Assembly: GCA_003104905.1 (NCBI GenBank) | Contig: PQAS01000001.1 | Coordinates: 108,230 to 132,229 of the forward strand | Length of the DNA stretch: 24,000 bases | Direction: 5' to 3' | Source of the DNA: Candidatus Methanoperedenaceae archaeon | GTDB lineage: Archaea > Halobacteriota > Methanosarcinia > Methanosarcinales > Methanoperedenaceae | Part shown: positions 1 through 7,282 of the stretch, piece after piece | How positions within the stretch are numbered: position 1 is the stretch's first letter | Layout of the letters: each line of letters opens with the position of its first letter | Translations under genes and position numbers: made by a program | The notes under the pieces: generated by a model | Told to the model about the DNA's origin: nothing | The model's database searches: none | The model's input: the letters and a program-made list of their open reading frames with translations, nothing else

Positions 1-1160
1 ACCTGATAGCTTCTGAGAACTATGCAAGCCGCGCAGTCCTGCAGGCCCAGGGTTCCGTAATGACAAATAAATATGCAGAAGGTTATCCCGGCAAGAGATA
101 CTATGGGGGTTGTGAGTTTGTAGATGCTGCGGAAAACCTTGCAATAGACAGGGCAAAGAAACTTTTCAAGGCAGAACACATCAATGTTCAGCCTCATTCA
201 GGGTCGCAGGCTAATATGGCCGTTTATTTTTCAATGCTCAAGACCGGGGATACGATAATGAGCATGGATTTATCACATGGAGGGCATCTTTCACATGGAA
301 GTCCAGTGAATTTTTCAGGAAAACTGTACAAAATAGTCCCATACGGTGTTTCAAGGGAAACAAGAACAATAGATTACGATGAATTATCAAAAATTGCAAA
401 GCAACACAAACCAAAAATCATCGTTGCAGGGGCAAGTGCATATCCCCGTGAAATCGACTTCAAGAGATTTCGGGAAATTGCCGATGAGACAGGAGCGTTT
501 TTACTTTCGGATATAGCGCATATCGCAGGATTGGTTGTGGCGGGCGTGCATTGTGACCCAGTACCATATTCGGATTTTGTGACAACTACAACACATAAGA
601 CATTGCGGGGACCGCGCGGTGGAATGATCATGTGCAGGGAAGAATACGCAAAAGATATCGATAAAACAGTATTCCCCGGTATCCAGGGAGGCCCGCTTAT
701 GCATGTAATAGCAGCAAAAGCAGTTGCCTTCAAAGAAGCGATGAGCAGGGAATTTACCGATTACCAGAAGCAAATAGTGAAAAATGGAAAAAAAATAGCA
801 GGCGAACTGATGATCAGGGGCAATGAACTTGTATCAGGCGGTACGGATAACCATTTGATGCTGGTTGACCTGACGCCGCTTGGCATCACAGGTAAGGAAG
901 CCGAGGCAAAACTTGGCGAAGCCGGGATAATCCTGAATAAGAATACCATTCCTTTTGAGACAAAAAGTCCCTTCATCACAAGCGGCATCCGTATAGGCAC
1001 ACCCGCTGCAACCACACGGGGAATGAAGGAAAAAGAAATGATAATTATCGCAGATGCTATCGATAAGGTCATCCGGAACATTAACGAGGCAGATAAAATC
1101 AGGGAAGTTAAGAGGACTATTCTTGACCTGTGCAACCAGTTCCCGATCCCATACGAGTGA
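1..1160 (+). CDS. glyA: Serine hydroxymethyltransferase, 5'-truncated by the window edge
   Basis: The frame is open from nt 3 ([19 protein letters not shown] precedes the track's first Met at 60), so the gene starts upstream of the window. SHMT hallmarks are present: [10 protein letters not shown] and the PLP-lysine motif [17 protein letters not shown] stop at 1158-1160. Confidence 0.95.
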   Translation, partial: LIASENYASRAVLQAQGSVMTNKYAEGYPGKRYYGGCEFVDAAENLAIDRAKKLFKAEHINVQPHSGSQANMAVYFSMLKTGDTIMSMDLSHGGHLSHGSPVNFSGKLYKIVPYGVSRETRTIDYDELSKIAKQHKPKIIVAGASAYPREIDFKRFREIADETGAFLLSDIAHIAGLVVAGVHCDPVPYSDFVTTTTHKTLRGPRGGMIMCREEYAKDIDKTVFPGIQGGPLMHVIAAKAVAFKEAMSREFTDYQKQIVKNGKKIAGELMIRGNELVSGGTDNHLMLVDLTPLGITGKEAEAKLGEAGIILNKNTIPFETKSPFITSGIRIGTPAATTRGMKEKEMIIIADAIDKVIRNINEADKIREVKRTILDLCNQFPIPYE

Positions 1161-1168
1161 GGACACTT

Positions 1169-2044
1169 ATGGAACCGCTTCCCGAAGTTACAGATCCCAG
1201 AGTCATAGATGGGAGAAAAATCGCGCAGGTCATTGAGTCTGATGTAAAGAAAGATGTAGAAATATTTGTAAAAGAGCATGGCTTCAAACCCGCTCTTGCC
1301 ACAATTCTTGTTGGAGAACACCCTCCGTCCAAACTCTACGTAAAACTTAAACATTGGGCATGCAAACGTGTTGGCATACAATCCGAAGATCACAAATATC
1401 CGCAGGAAACAGAACAGGAAGAAATAATTGAACTCATCGGGAAATTGAACCTGCGTCCGGAGATACATGGGATACTTGTGCAGCTGCCATTGCCCAAACA
1501 CATCGATGAGCGGGCCGTGATGATGCAGATATCACCTGAAAAAGATGTAGATGGTTTCAATCCCCTCAATATGGGTAAAATGCTCATTGGAAAAGAGGAT
1601 TTTGTTCCATGTACTCCTAAAGGGATAATAAGGGCGCTGTCCGAATTCAATATTGACCCGAAAGGAATGGAGGTCGTAGTGGTAGGGCACAGCAATGTTG
1701 TGGGGAAACCCGCTGCAATGATGCTTTTGAACCGCAACGCAACGGTAAAGATATGTCATGTGTTCTCAAAGGACCTTAAGAGCCAGACGCAACTTGCCGA
1801 TATTCTCATCGTGGCTACCGGTGTACGGGGATTGATAAAAGCTGATATGGTGAAAGAAGGGGCAATCGTTTTTGATGTAGGTATAACCTGGCAGGATGAA
1901 AAAGTCTATGGAGATGTGGATTTTGAGGATGTATTGCCAAAGGTGAAATTGATATCCCCTGTACCGGGCGGAGTAGGTCCTATGACGATAGCTATACTTA
2001 TGGAGCATACACTGCATGCGGCCATGGTACAAAATAAAAAGTAA
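1169..2044 (+). CDS. folD: Bifunctional methylenetetrahydrofolate dehydrogenase / methenyltetrahydrofolate cyclohydrolase
   Basis: FolD motifs are present: GILVQLPLP, DVDGFNPLNMG and PVPGGVGPMT. The track start at 1130 is a GTG that overlaps glyA. The ATG at 1169 has a GAGGA Shine-Dalgarno about 5 nt upstream and gives the usual FolD N-terminus (..VIDGRKIAQ), so I use 1169. Confidence 0.93.
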   Translation: MEPLPEVTDPRVIDGRKIAQVIESDVKKDVEIFVKEHGFKPALATILVGEHPPSKLYVKLKHWACKRVGIQSEDHKYPQETEQEEIIELIGKLNLRPEIHGILVQLPLPKHIDERAVMMQISPEKDVDGFNPLNMGKMLIGKEDFVPCTPKGIIRALSEFNIDPKGMEVVVVGHSNVVGKPAAMMLLNRNATVKICHVFSKDLKSQTQLADILIVATGVRGLIKADMVKEGAIVFDVGITWQDEKVYGDVDFEDVLPKVKLISPVPGGVGPMTIAILMEHTLHAAMVQNKK

Positions 2045-2055
2045 TTATTTATAAC

Positions 2056-2084
2056 GGCACAGGGGTGGAGAGAACCACCCTGCC
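2056..2084. terminator. GC-rich imperfect hairpin between convergent folD and the surface-protein gene; candidate bidirectional terminator
   Basis: ggcacaggggtgg / agagaa / ccaccctgcc forms a 6-bp GC core (gggtgg/ccaccc) that extends with one bulge. T-rich sequence follows on the + strand (tttcagttt..cttttt). It sits in the 47-bp gap between the two stop codons. Confidence 0.4.
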
Positions 2085-2091
2085 TTTCAGT

Positions 2092-4368
2092 TTACTTCTT
2101 TTTCATCCTGACAACCTCAATGATTAACCCAATTAACACGAAAATGCCGCTGATAATAAACCAGTTTATAAGAACATTAGGTTGATTGCTTTCCTTTCCC
2201 TGGGTTTTATTAACTCCGGTTTTTGCTCCTTTCTGTGCAGGAGTTTTTTCCGATGAAAATATGCTTTCCAATGTGGGCGTTTCTTTCAAAGAGGTAATTG
2301 CGAAAGGTGAAAAGCTATCTGTATTCGCTTCAAAATAAGTGAATGTCTCATCCTTCATTATTTCCGAAGTTTTAAGAGTTATCCATTCATTTCCATCCCA
2401 TCTTAGCAATTTGATATCCTTATTTTGGCCAATCCATGAGTTATCTACCCTGAACATTATGATTGCTTCCTTTATGTTCCTTGGTGTTGCAAAACCCGAT
2501 GTTCCTACCCAGACATTTACATTCATGTATACATTGCCCGGTGCAGCGGACGCCACAAGGGAAGAAGTTCCCTTCAGGGCTTCGACCATCGCGGTAATAA
2601 CATCATTATTAGTATTTCCTGTGACGTTCACATAAATAATGGGATTTTTTACGCTTTTGAAAGTGTAGGTGGTCTTTCTATCTTTGTAAATCGGCAGGTC
2701 ATATTTCTCATTTACATTGATATTTGAAATTTCTTCACCTGATCCTCCACCGCCTCCTCCTCCGCCGCCGCTGTTACTGCCTCCACCGCCGCCACTGTTT
2801 GATTCAGTGGGGGTGTAGGTAACTGTTACTGATGTATTATCGGAATTTGAAGTACTATAATTTGCTCTTGCATATATCGTATTTGAACCTGCTGATAGTT
2901 CTACCGTGATATTCCACTGGTCTGTTCCTGATGCATTTTTCCAGGTTCCGTTGTTTACGTTCACTTCTACCATTCTAAAGGTGGAATTGTTCAATGCAGT
3001 TCCGCTGACTGTTATGGATGAAGTCGTGAAATCTGTCCCATTTGTCGGAGATGTGATCGAAATGAACGGGTTTGTAATACCTGGTTTTGCATAGGTCACA
3101 GTAACCGAGGTCTCATTGGAATTGTTTGAGGTATCCGTAGCTCTTGCAGTAATGTTGTTTGTTCCTTCTATCAGTGTTACGGAAGATATTGTCCATGAAG
3201 AGGTGCCAGAGACAGGCAGCCATGAACCTGCCCCAACTTTCACTTCCACCTTGTTTAGACCTTTATCATCCGAAGCTGTTCCATTCACTGTTATAGATGA
3301 AGTGGTGAATACCTTCCCCTCTTTCGGTGATGTGATCGATAAGATAGGTTTTGCAGTATCCGGCGGAGAATAGTTCACATTAATCGAGGTCTCGTTGGAA
3401 TTATTAGAGGTATCCGTAGCTCTTGCTGTTATGTTGTTTGTTCCTTCTATCAGTGTTATTGAAGATATTGTCCATGAAGAGGTGCCAGTCACAGGCAGCC
3501 ATGAACCTGCCCCAACTTTCACTTCCACCTTGCCAAGACCTTTATCATCCGAAGCTGTTCCATTTACTGTTATGGATGAAGTCATCAATTCCTGCCCTTC
3601 TATCGGTGATATGATAGAGATGACCGGTTTTGCAGTATCCGGTGGAGTATATTTTACATTAACTGAGGTCTGGTTGGTATTATCTGAAGTATCTGTAGCT
3701 CTTGCCGTTATTGTATTTGTTCCTTCTATCAGTGTTATTGAAGAATACGTCCACGAAGCGCCTCCGGTAACTGTCACCCATGAACCTGCCCCAACCTTCA
3801 CTTCCACCTTGCTAAGACCTTTATTATCCGAAGCACTTCCATTCACTGTTATGGATGAAGTTGTGAATTCCTGTCCTTCTGTCGGTGATATGATCGAGAT
3901 GAATGGATTTGTAGTATCCGGCGGAGTATATATCACATTAATCGAGGTCTGGTCGGGATTATTGGAAGCATCTATAGCTATTGCCGTTATGTTGTTCGAT
4001 CCTTCGGTCAGTTCTATATGAGAAAATGTCCATGTTGGGCCGCCGGTGACTGTCAATCCCTGTGTAACTCCTCCAACTTTCACTGTCACACTTATATCTC
4101 CGTCATAATTCGAAGCATCTCCATTCACTGTTATGAATTGAGTATCGAAATTCTGCCCATCATTCGGCGATAGGATCGATATGGCCATTTTCTTACCGGC
4201 CAAAGTGTAGCCTGCCAGGTTAGTCCATGTATCAGGGCCAAGAGCTGAAGCATTAAGAATAATTGGCAAAGCACTGATCGAAATAAATATACTGCACAAA
4301 AGCACCTTATATATTAGACGCCTTGTGATGGTTGAGTTTATCTTCTGGAAATATAATTTTGAATCCAT
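2092..4368 (-). CDS. Large secreted cell-surface protein: N-terminal signal/TM, 5 tandem Ig-like (Big-type) domains, poly-Gly linker, PGF-pre-PGF-like domain, C-terminal TM anchor
   Basis: The N-terminus is hydrophobic (LLCSIFISISALPIILNASA). Five ~93-aa repeats follow, with the pattern ISIxSPxEGQxFTTSSITVNGTASDxKGLxKVEVKVGAGSW...IEGTNNITARATDTSNN. A GGGGGSNSGGGGGGGGGSG linker comes next. The segment NVWVGTSGFATPRNIKEAIIMFRVDNSW..LLRWDGNEWITL..FTYFEANTDSFSPFAITS resembles the PGF-pre-PGF domain of Methanosarcinales surface proteins. The C-terminus is WFIISGIFVLIGLIIEVVRMKKK. The track start at 4377 is GTG. The ATG at 4368 is preceded by GGAAGTGA, one mismatch from the archaeal SD GGAGGTGA, with a 5-nt spacer, so I prefer 4368. 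Confidence 0.8.
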   Translation of the reverse strand: MDSKLYFQKINSTITRRLIYKVLLCSIFISISALPIILNASALGPDTWTNLAGYTLAGKKMAISILSPNDGQNFDTQFITVNGDASNYDGDISVTVKVGGVTQGLTVTGGPTWTFSHIELTEGSNNITAIAIDASNNPDQTSINVIYTPPDTTNPFISIISPTEGQEFTTSSITVNGSASDNKGLSKVEVKVGAGSWVTVTGGASWTYSSITLIEGTNTITARATDTSDNTNQTSVNVKYTPPDTAKPVISIISPIEGQELMTSSITVNGTASDDKGLGKVEVKVGAGSWLPVTGTSSWTISSITLIEGTNNITARATDTSNNSNETSINVNYSPPDTAKPILSITSPKEGKVFTTSSITVNGTASDDKGLNKVEVKVGAGSWLPVSGTSSWTISSVTLIEGTNNITARATDTSNNSNETSVTVTYAKPGITNPFISITSPTNGTDFTTSSITVSGTALNNSTFRMVEVNVNNGTWKNASGTDQWNITVELSAGSNTIYARANYSTSNSDNTSVTVTYTPTESNSGGGGGSNSGGGGGGGGGSGEEISNINVNEKYDLPIYKDRKTTYTFKSVKNPIIYVNVTGNTNNDVITAMVEALKGTSSLVASAAPGNVYMNVNVWVGTSGFATPRNIKEAIIMFRVDNSWIGQNKDIKLLRWDGNEWITLKTSEIMKDETFTYFEANTDSFSPFAITSLKETPTLESIFSSEKTPAQKGAKTGVNKTQGKESNQPNVLINWFIISGIFVLIGLIIEVVRMKKK
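2795..4182 (-). repeat. Intragenic tandem repeat, 5 copies with a ~279-bp (93-codon) period, encoding the Ig-like domains
   Basis: The periodicity shows in the DNA. For example, the segments from ~3101 and ~3386 align by eye over about 270 bp with few substitutions. It also shows as repeated antisense ORF peptides (MELFEVSVALAVMLFVPSISV.. at 3116 and MELLEVSVALAVMLFVPSISV.. at 3395, 279 bp apart). The outer copies are more diverged. Confidence 0.85.
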
Positions 4369-4663
4369 ATCCTTCACTTCCCTGACCCGTGTAAACGGCT
4401 AAGGTACTTGTTCGATACCTATCATATCGAATCATTGCCATTGTTGGCCTGTGATGTTGAATATAATATCATAATTATTTAAGCTTATTTACTGTATAAT
4501 TATTTTAAAAATGATTGTAATCATCATTAGAATGATATCAAAATACTGATAGCGGGGATGCAGTCCTCCTAAAAAATATGATAATTCCGGGATTGTATTA
4601 ATAATATTTAAACTACAAAGAGAATATGAATAACTGCAAAGGATCAATAAAAAAGAGGTATCA

Positions 4664-4942
4664 ATGAAAAGAGAACAGATATTTATTACCGTGATTGGAA
4701 AAGACCAGAAAGGAATAATCGCGAGAATTTCAAATGCTGTTTTTACACATAATATCAATATAGAAGACCTCAACCAGAAAATTATGGGCGGTTATTTTGT
4801 GATGACCATGCTTGCCGATATCACCGATTCTTCGATAACCATAAGCCAGTTGAAAAAAGAGCTTTCAGCAATAGAGGATGAGATGCATCTTAAGATACAG
4901 GTTCAGCATGAGAACATCTTCAAGACCATGCACAGGGTGTAA
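4664..4942 (+). CDS. ACT-domain protein (UPF0237 family)
   Basis: A 92-aa protein with the ACT-type N-terminal strand and glycine loop, FITVIGKDQKGIIARISNAV. GAGG lies 6 nt upstream of the ATG. The stop is 3 nt before the next gene, which is the usual partner of this family. Confidence 0.8.
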   Translation: MKREQIFITVIGKDQKGIIARISNAVFTHNINIEDLNQKIMGGYFVMTMLADITDSSITISQLKKELSAIEDEMHLKIQVQHENIFKTMHRV

Positions 4943-4945
4943 TTC

Positions 4946-6304
4946 ATGGAATATTCACTTGAAGAAGTAATGGAAACTGTCAGGATGACCCTTTATCATA
5001 ATTTTGATATCAGGACTGTGACCCTGGGGATAAACCTTAAGGACTGTATCAATTCAGACCTTGATATATTCAAAGCTAATGTGTATGACAGGGTGTCAGT
5101 ATATGGACGAAGACTCATTCATGAAGCGCAGGATCTTGAAGATAAATACGGCATCCCAATAATAAATAAAAGGATATCGGTCACCCCGGTCTCACTTATC
5201 ATCGAAGCATGCGCCCAGGCTGATGCTCCTGTTGAGATAGCAAAGACCCTGGACAAAGCATCAAAGGATGTGGGTATTGATTTCATCGGCGGTTATGGGG
5301 CGCTTGTCCAGAAAGGAATGACTCGGGCGGATAAACGTCTCATCGACTCACTCCCTGAAGTATTCTCATGTACTGAAAGAGTATGCGGTTTCCTGAATGT
5401 TGCTTCGACTGTTTCGGGTATGAACATGGATGCTATCATCATGCTGGGAAAAACTTTAAAAGAAATTGCAGGCAGAACAGAGAACGGGATCGGATGCGCC
5501 AGGTTCGTTGTTTTTGCGAATGCTCCGGAGGATAATCCTTTCATGGCTGGGGCTTTCCACGGGGTGGGTGAACCTGATTTCTCATTAAATATCGGAATAA
5601 GCGGACCCGGGGTAGTCAGGGGCGTTGTGGAACAGAACAGGGACTGTGACCTTACCGAGCTTTCCGGTGTCATAAAGCGTACCGCATTTAAAATAACAAG
5701 AGCAGGAGAGCTTATCGGAAGAGAGCTTGCCCACAATCTTTCAGTACCTTTCGGGATCGTGGATATCTCTCTTGCCTCAACTACAAAGGTGGGTGATTCA
5801 GTGGCTGGAATCGTAGAAATGATGGGGGTTGAGAAAATGGGGGCGCCGGGAAGCACTGCCGCGCTGGCTCTCCTTGTCGATGCAGTGAAAAAAGGCGGCG
5901 CAATGGCATCGGGGAACGTTGGGGGCTTAAGCGGTACTTTCATTCCTGTGAGTGAGGATTCCTGCATGAATGATGCCGTCAGGTTCGGGGCGCTTTCCAT
6001 AGAAAAACTTGAGGCGTTTACTGCTGTTTGTTCTGTTGGGCTTGATATGATAGCGATTCCGGGGGATACAAAGGCACAGACCATTTCAGCTATTATTGCT
6101 GATGAGCTTGCCATAGGGGTCGTTAACAATAAGACCACCGGAGTAAGGCTCATTCCAGTACCGGGGAAGAAAGCAGGGGATTATGTGAATTTCGGGGGGC
6201 TTCTTGGCGAGACTTATGTTATGAACATAAGCAGCTTCAGTTCCAATGATTTTATATTGCGTGGCGGAAGGATGCCAGCCCCTGTCACAAGCATGAGGAA
6301 TTAG
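4946..6304 (+). CDS. UPF0210 / DUF711 family protein (function unknown)
   Basis: A 452-aa protein whose N-terminus EVMETVRMTLYHNFDIRTVTLGINL and overall Gly-rich composition (GISGPGVV, GAPGSTAA, GGLSGTFIPVSED) match my recollection of the UPF0210 family. It is paired with the upstream ACT protein, as in many bacteria and archaea. Confidence 0.8.
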   Translation: MEYSLEEVMETVRMTLYHNFDIRTVTLGINLKDCINSDLDIFKANVYDRVSVYGRRLIHEAQDLEDKYGIPIINKRISVTPVSLIIEACAQADAPVEIAKTLDKASKDVGIDFIGGYGALVQKGMTRADKRLIDSLPEVFSCTERVCGFLNVASTVSGMNMDAIIMLGKTLKEIAGRTENGIGCARFVVFANAPEDNPFMAGAFHGVGEPDFSLNIGISGPGVVRGVVEQNRDCDLTELSGVIKRTAFKITRAGELIGRELAHNLSVPFGIVDISLASTTKVGDSVAGIVEMMGVEKMGAPGSTAALALLVDAVKKGGAMASGNVGGLSGTFIPVSEDSCMNDAVRFGALSIEKLEAFTAVCSVGLDMIAIPGDTKAQTISAIIADELAIGVVNNKTTGVRLIPVPGKKAGDYVNFGGLLGETYVMNISSFSSNDFILRGGRMPAPVTSMRN

Positions 6305-6392
6305 GTAAATTTGCGAAGATTTATATAGACAGTCAATCGAATCAATAATTGGTATTGTTTTCTGAAAAGAGGATCCAAAAGATGATCAAAAT

Positions 6393-6986
6393 ATGAATGA
6401 AATCTTAATTTATAAATATCTGGAATTCCTGATTTTTGCTATATATTTCATAATGATTTTCCTGTCTATTCAAATATGGTTAATCTGGCAAAATATCGAC
6501 AAAAATGAATTTAGATCCAGGGTATTCATAACTGATCCTTTTATAAAAAATAATATTATTGTTGTCTTTTTAATGAGTTTTTTTTTCATTATGCATGAAT
6601 TTTTCGAAGAGACAAAACTAAGTAATTCATATCTGGTTTTCGAATTCTCCGAGCTTATGGGTTTTATTTTGATCTTATATATTACATATATGTGGTATTC
6701 GATCCTTAAGACATGTGTTATTAAGCAGCCCATAAATGAAATTCTGCTTAATGCACGCATGAATCATCAAAAGTTAGAGGAAACTTTCTGGACAAATGAT
6801 AATAAATCAAAATTCATATTGATTTTTGGTTTTTTCTTCACAACACTGGGCATTGCTCTTTTTGTCCCCATATCATCAATAATTTTTAGTTTGATCATAG
6901 GGGTCTTATTTGTTCCTCCTGCGGTAGTGCTGGTATCGACACTGATAGGAGCATCTCTTGTCTCCAGGGAATTGAACCTGACCTGA
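6393..6986 (+). CDS. Hypothetical multi-pass membrane protein (orphan, AT-rich)
   Basis: A 197-codon ORF in markedly AT-rich DNA, where stop codons should be frequent, so an ORF this long is unlikely by chance. It has 5-6 hydrophobic segments. I recognise no family and see no convincing SD. Confidence 0.55.
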   Translation: MNEILIYKYLEFLIFAIYFIMIFLSIQIWLIWQNIDKNEFRSRVFITDPFIKNNIIVVFLMSFFFIMHEFFEETKLSNSYLVFEFSELMGFILILYITYMWYSILKTCVIKQPINEILLNARMNHQKLEETFWTNDNKSKFILIFGFFFTTLGIALFVPISSIIFSLIIGVLFVPPAVVLVSTLIGASLVSRELNLT

Positions 6987-7098
6987 TCAAAATTGACAAA
7001 GAACAAATTTTCAGCGTTCTTTATCGCAAATCAATGTGATTGTCAAATTATATTGCACATTTTTGAGGAAATCAATAGAAACAAAATTCGGCACTGAT

Positions 7099-7136
7099 CA
7101 CAGAGGTTTCTCTGTGCCCTCTGTGGTTGATTTTTT
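7099..7136 (+). terminator. Hairpin plus T-run, candidate terminator for the 6393-6986 gene
   Basis: cacagag (7099-7105) / gttt / ctctgtg (7110-7116) is a perfect 7-bp stem. An alternative pairing partner ccctctgtgg follows, then ttgattttttg with a T6 run at 7131-7136. Confidence 0.35.
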
Positions 7137-7240
7137 GTATGAGAATATTTAAAAAGTCTCTTAACCCTGTCTTCTTTTTAGGAACTGAAAACTAATTTTT
7201 CTGCTCTTAGTTTTAAAATTATTGAAAAATTAAACTATGC

Positions 7241-7277
7241 AACAAAAAAATTAAGGATCAAATATTTATCTTGATCC
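7241..7277 (-). terminator. Hairpin followed by a U7 run immediately downstream of ccmF
   Basis: ggatcaa (7255-7261) pairs with ttgatcc (7271-7277), starting 6 nt after the ccmF stop. In transcript orientation it is followed by ttaattttttt (the A7 run at 7244-7250 on the + strand). Confidence 0.55.
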
Positions 7278-7282
7278 CTATT

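Noticed and set aside
1130-1168. An upstream GTG start for folD, as reported in the ORF track (304 aa)
   Set aside because: The GTG would overlap glyA by 31 nt and add a non-conserved Pro-rich extension. The ATG at 1169 has a GAGGA SD and gives the canonical FolD N-terminus.
761-1501. A 246-aa minus-strand ORF spanning the glyA/folD junction
   Set aside because: It overlaps two confidently identified genes on the opposite strand and crosses their intergenic junction. The translation has no recognisable features.
2744-2797. A GC-rich triplet-like run (cctccaccgcctcctcctccgccgcc...) considered as a microsatellite or structured element
   Set aside because: It is simply the coding sequence of the poly-Gly linker (GGGGGSNSGGGGGGGGGSG) on the minus strand. 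The codons are mixed and there is no perfect repeat unit.
3116-4021. A series of + strand ORFs (85, 208 and 63 aa) with repeated peptides such as MELFEVSVALAVMLFVPSISV, lying inside the surface-protein gene
   Set aside because: They are antisense shadows of the 279-bp tandem repeat. The same stop-free antisense frame is copied along with each unit. The minus-strand frame is continuous for 761 codons and has clear domain logic.
4402-4420. A tRNA-like T-arm (aggta-cttgttcga-tacct containing GTTCGA) upstream of the surface-protein gene
   Set aside because: The loop is 9 nt rather than 7. I could build no acceptor, D or anticodon stems from the flanking sequence. It most likely lies in the 5' leader of the minus-strand gene.
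4489-4773. A 94-aa minus-strand ORF in the divergent promoter region that overlaps the ACT gene start
   Set aside because: It lies in AT-rich promoter DNA, overlaps a supported gene, and has no start context or recognisable features.
5293-6153. A 286-aa minus-strand ORF antisense to the UPF0210 gene
   Set aside because: Its composition is low-complexity and Ser/Pro/Ala-rich, typical of the antisense frame of a relatively GC-rich, Gly/Ala-rich gene. It has no start context. The sense gene has family-level support and an operon partner.
7188-7214. The inverted repeat aaaactaa / ttagtttt in the ccmF-distal spacer
   Set aside because: The stem is AU-only with an 11-nt loop in very AT-rich DNA, so it is weak thermodynamically and plausible by chance. 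I mention it only as part of the AT-rich islet.
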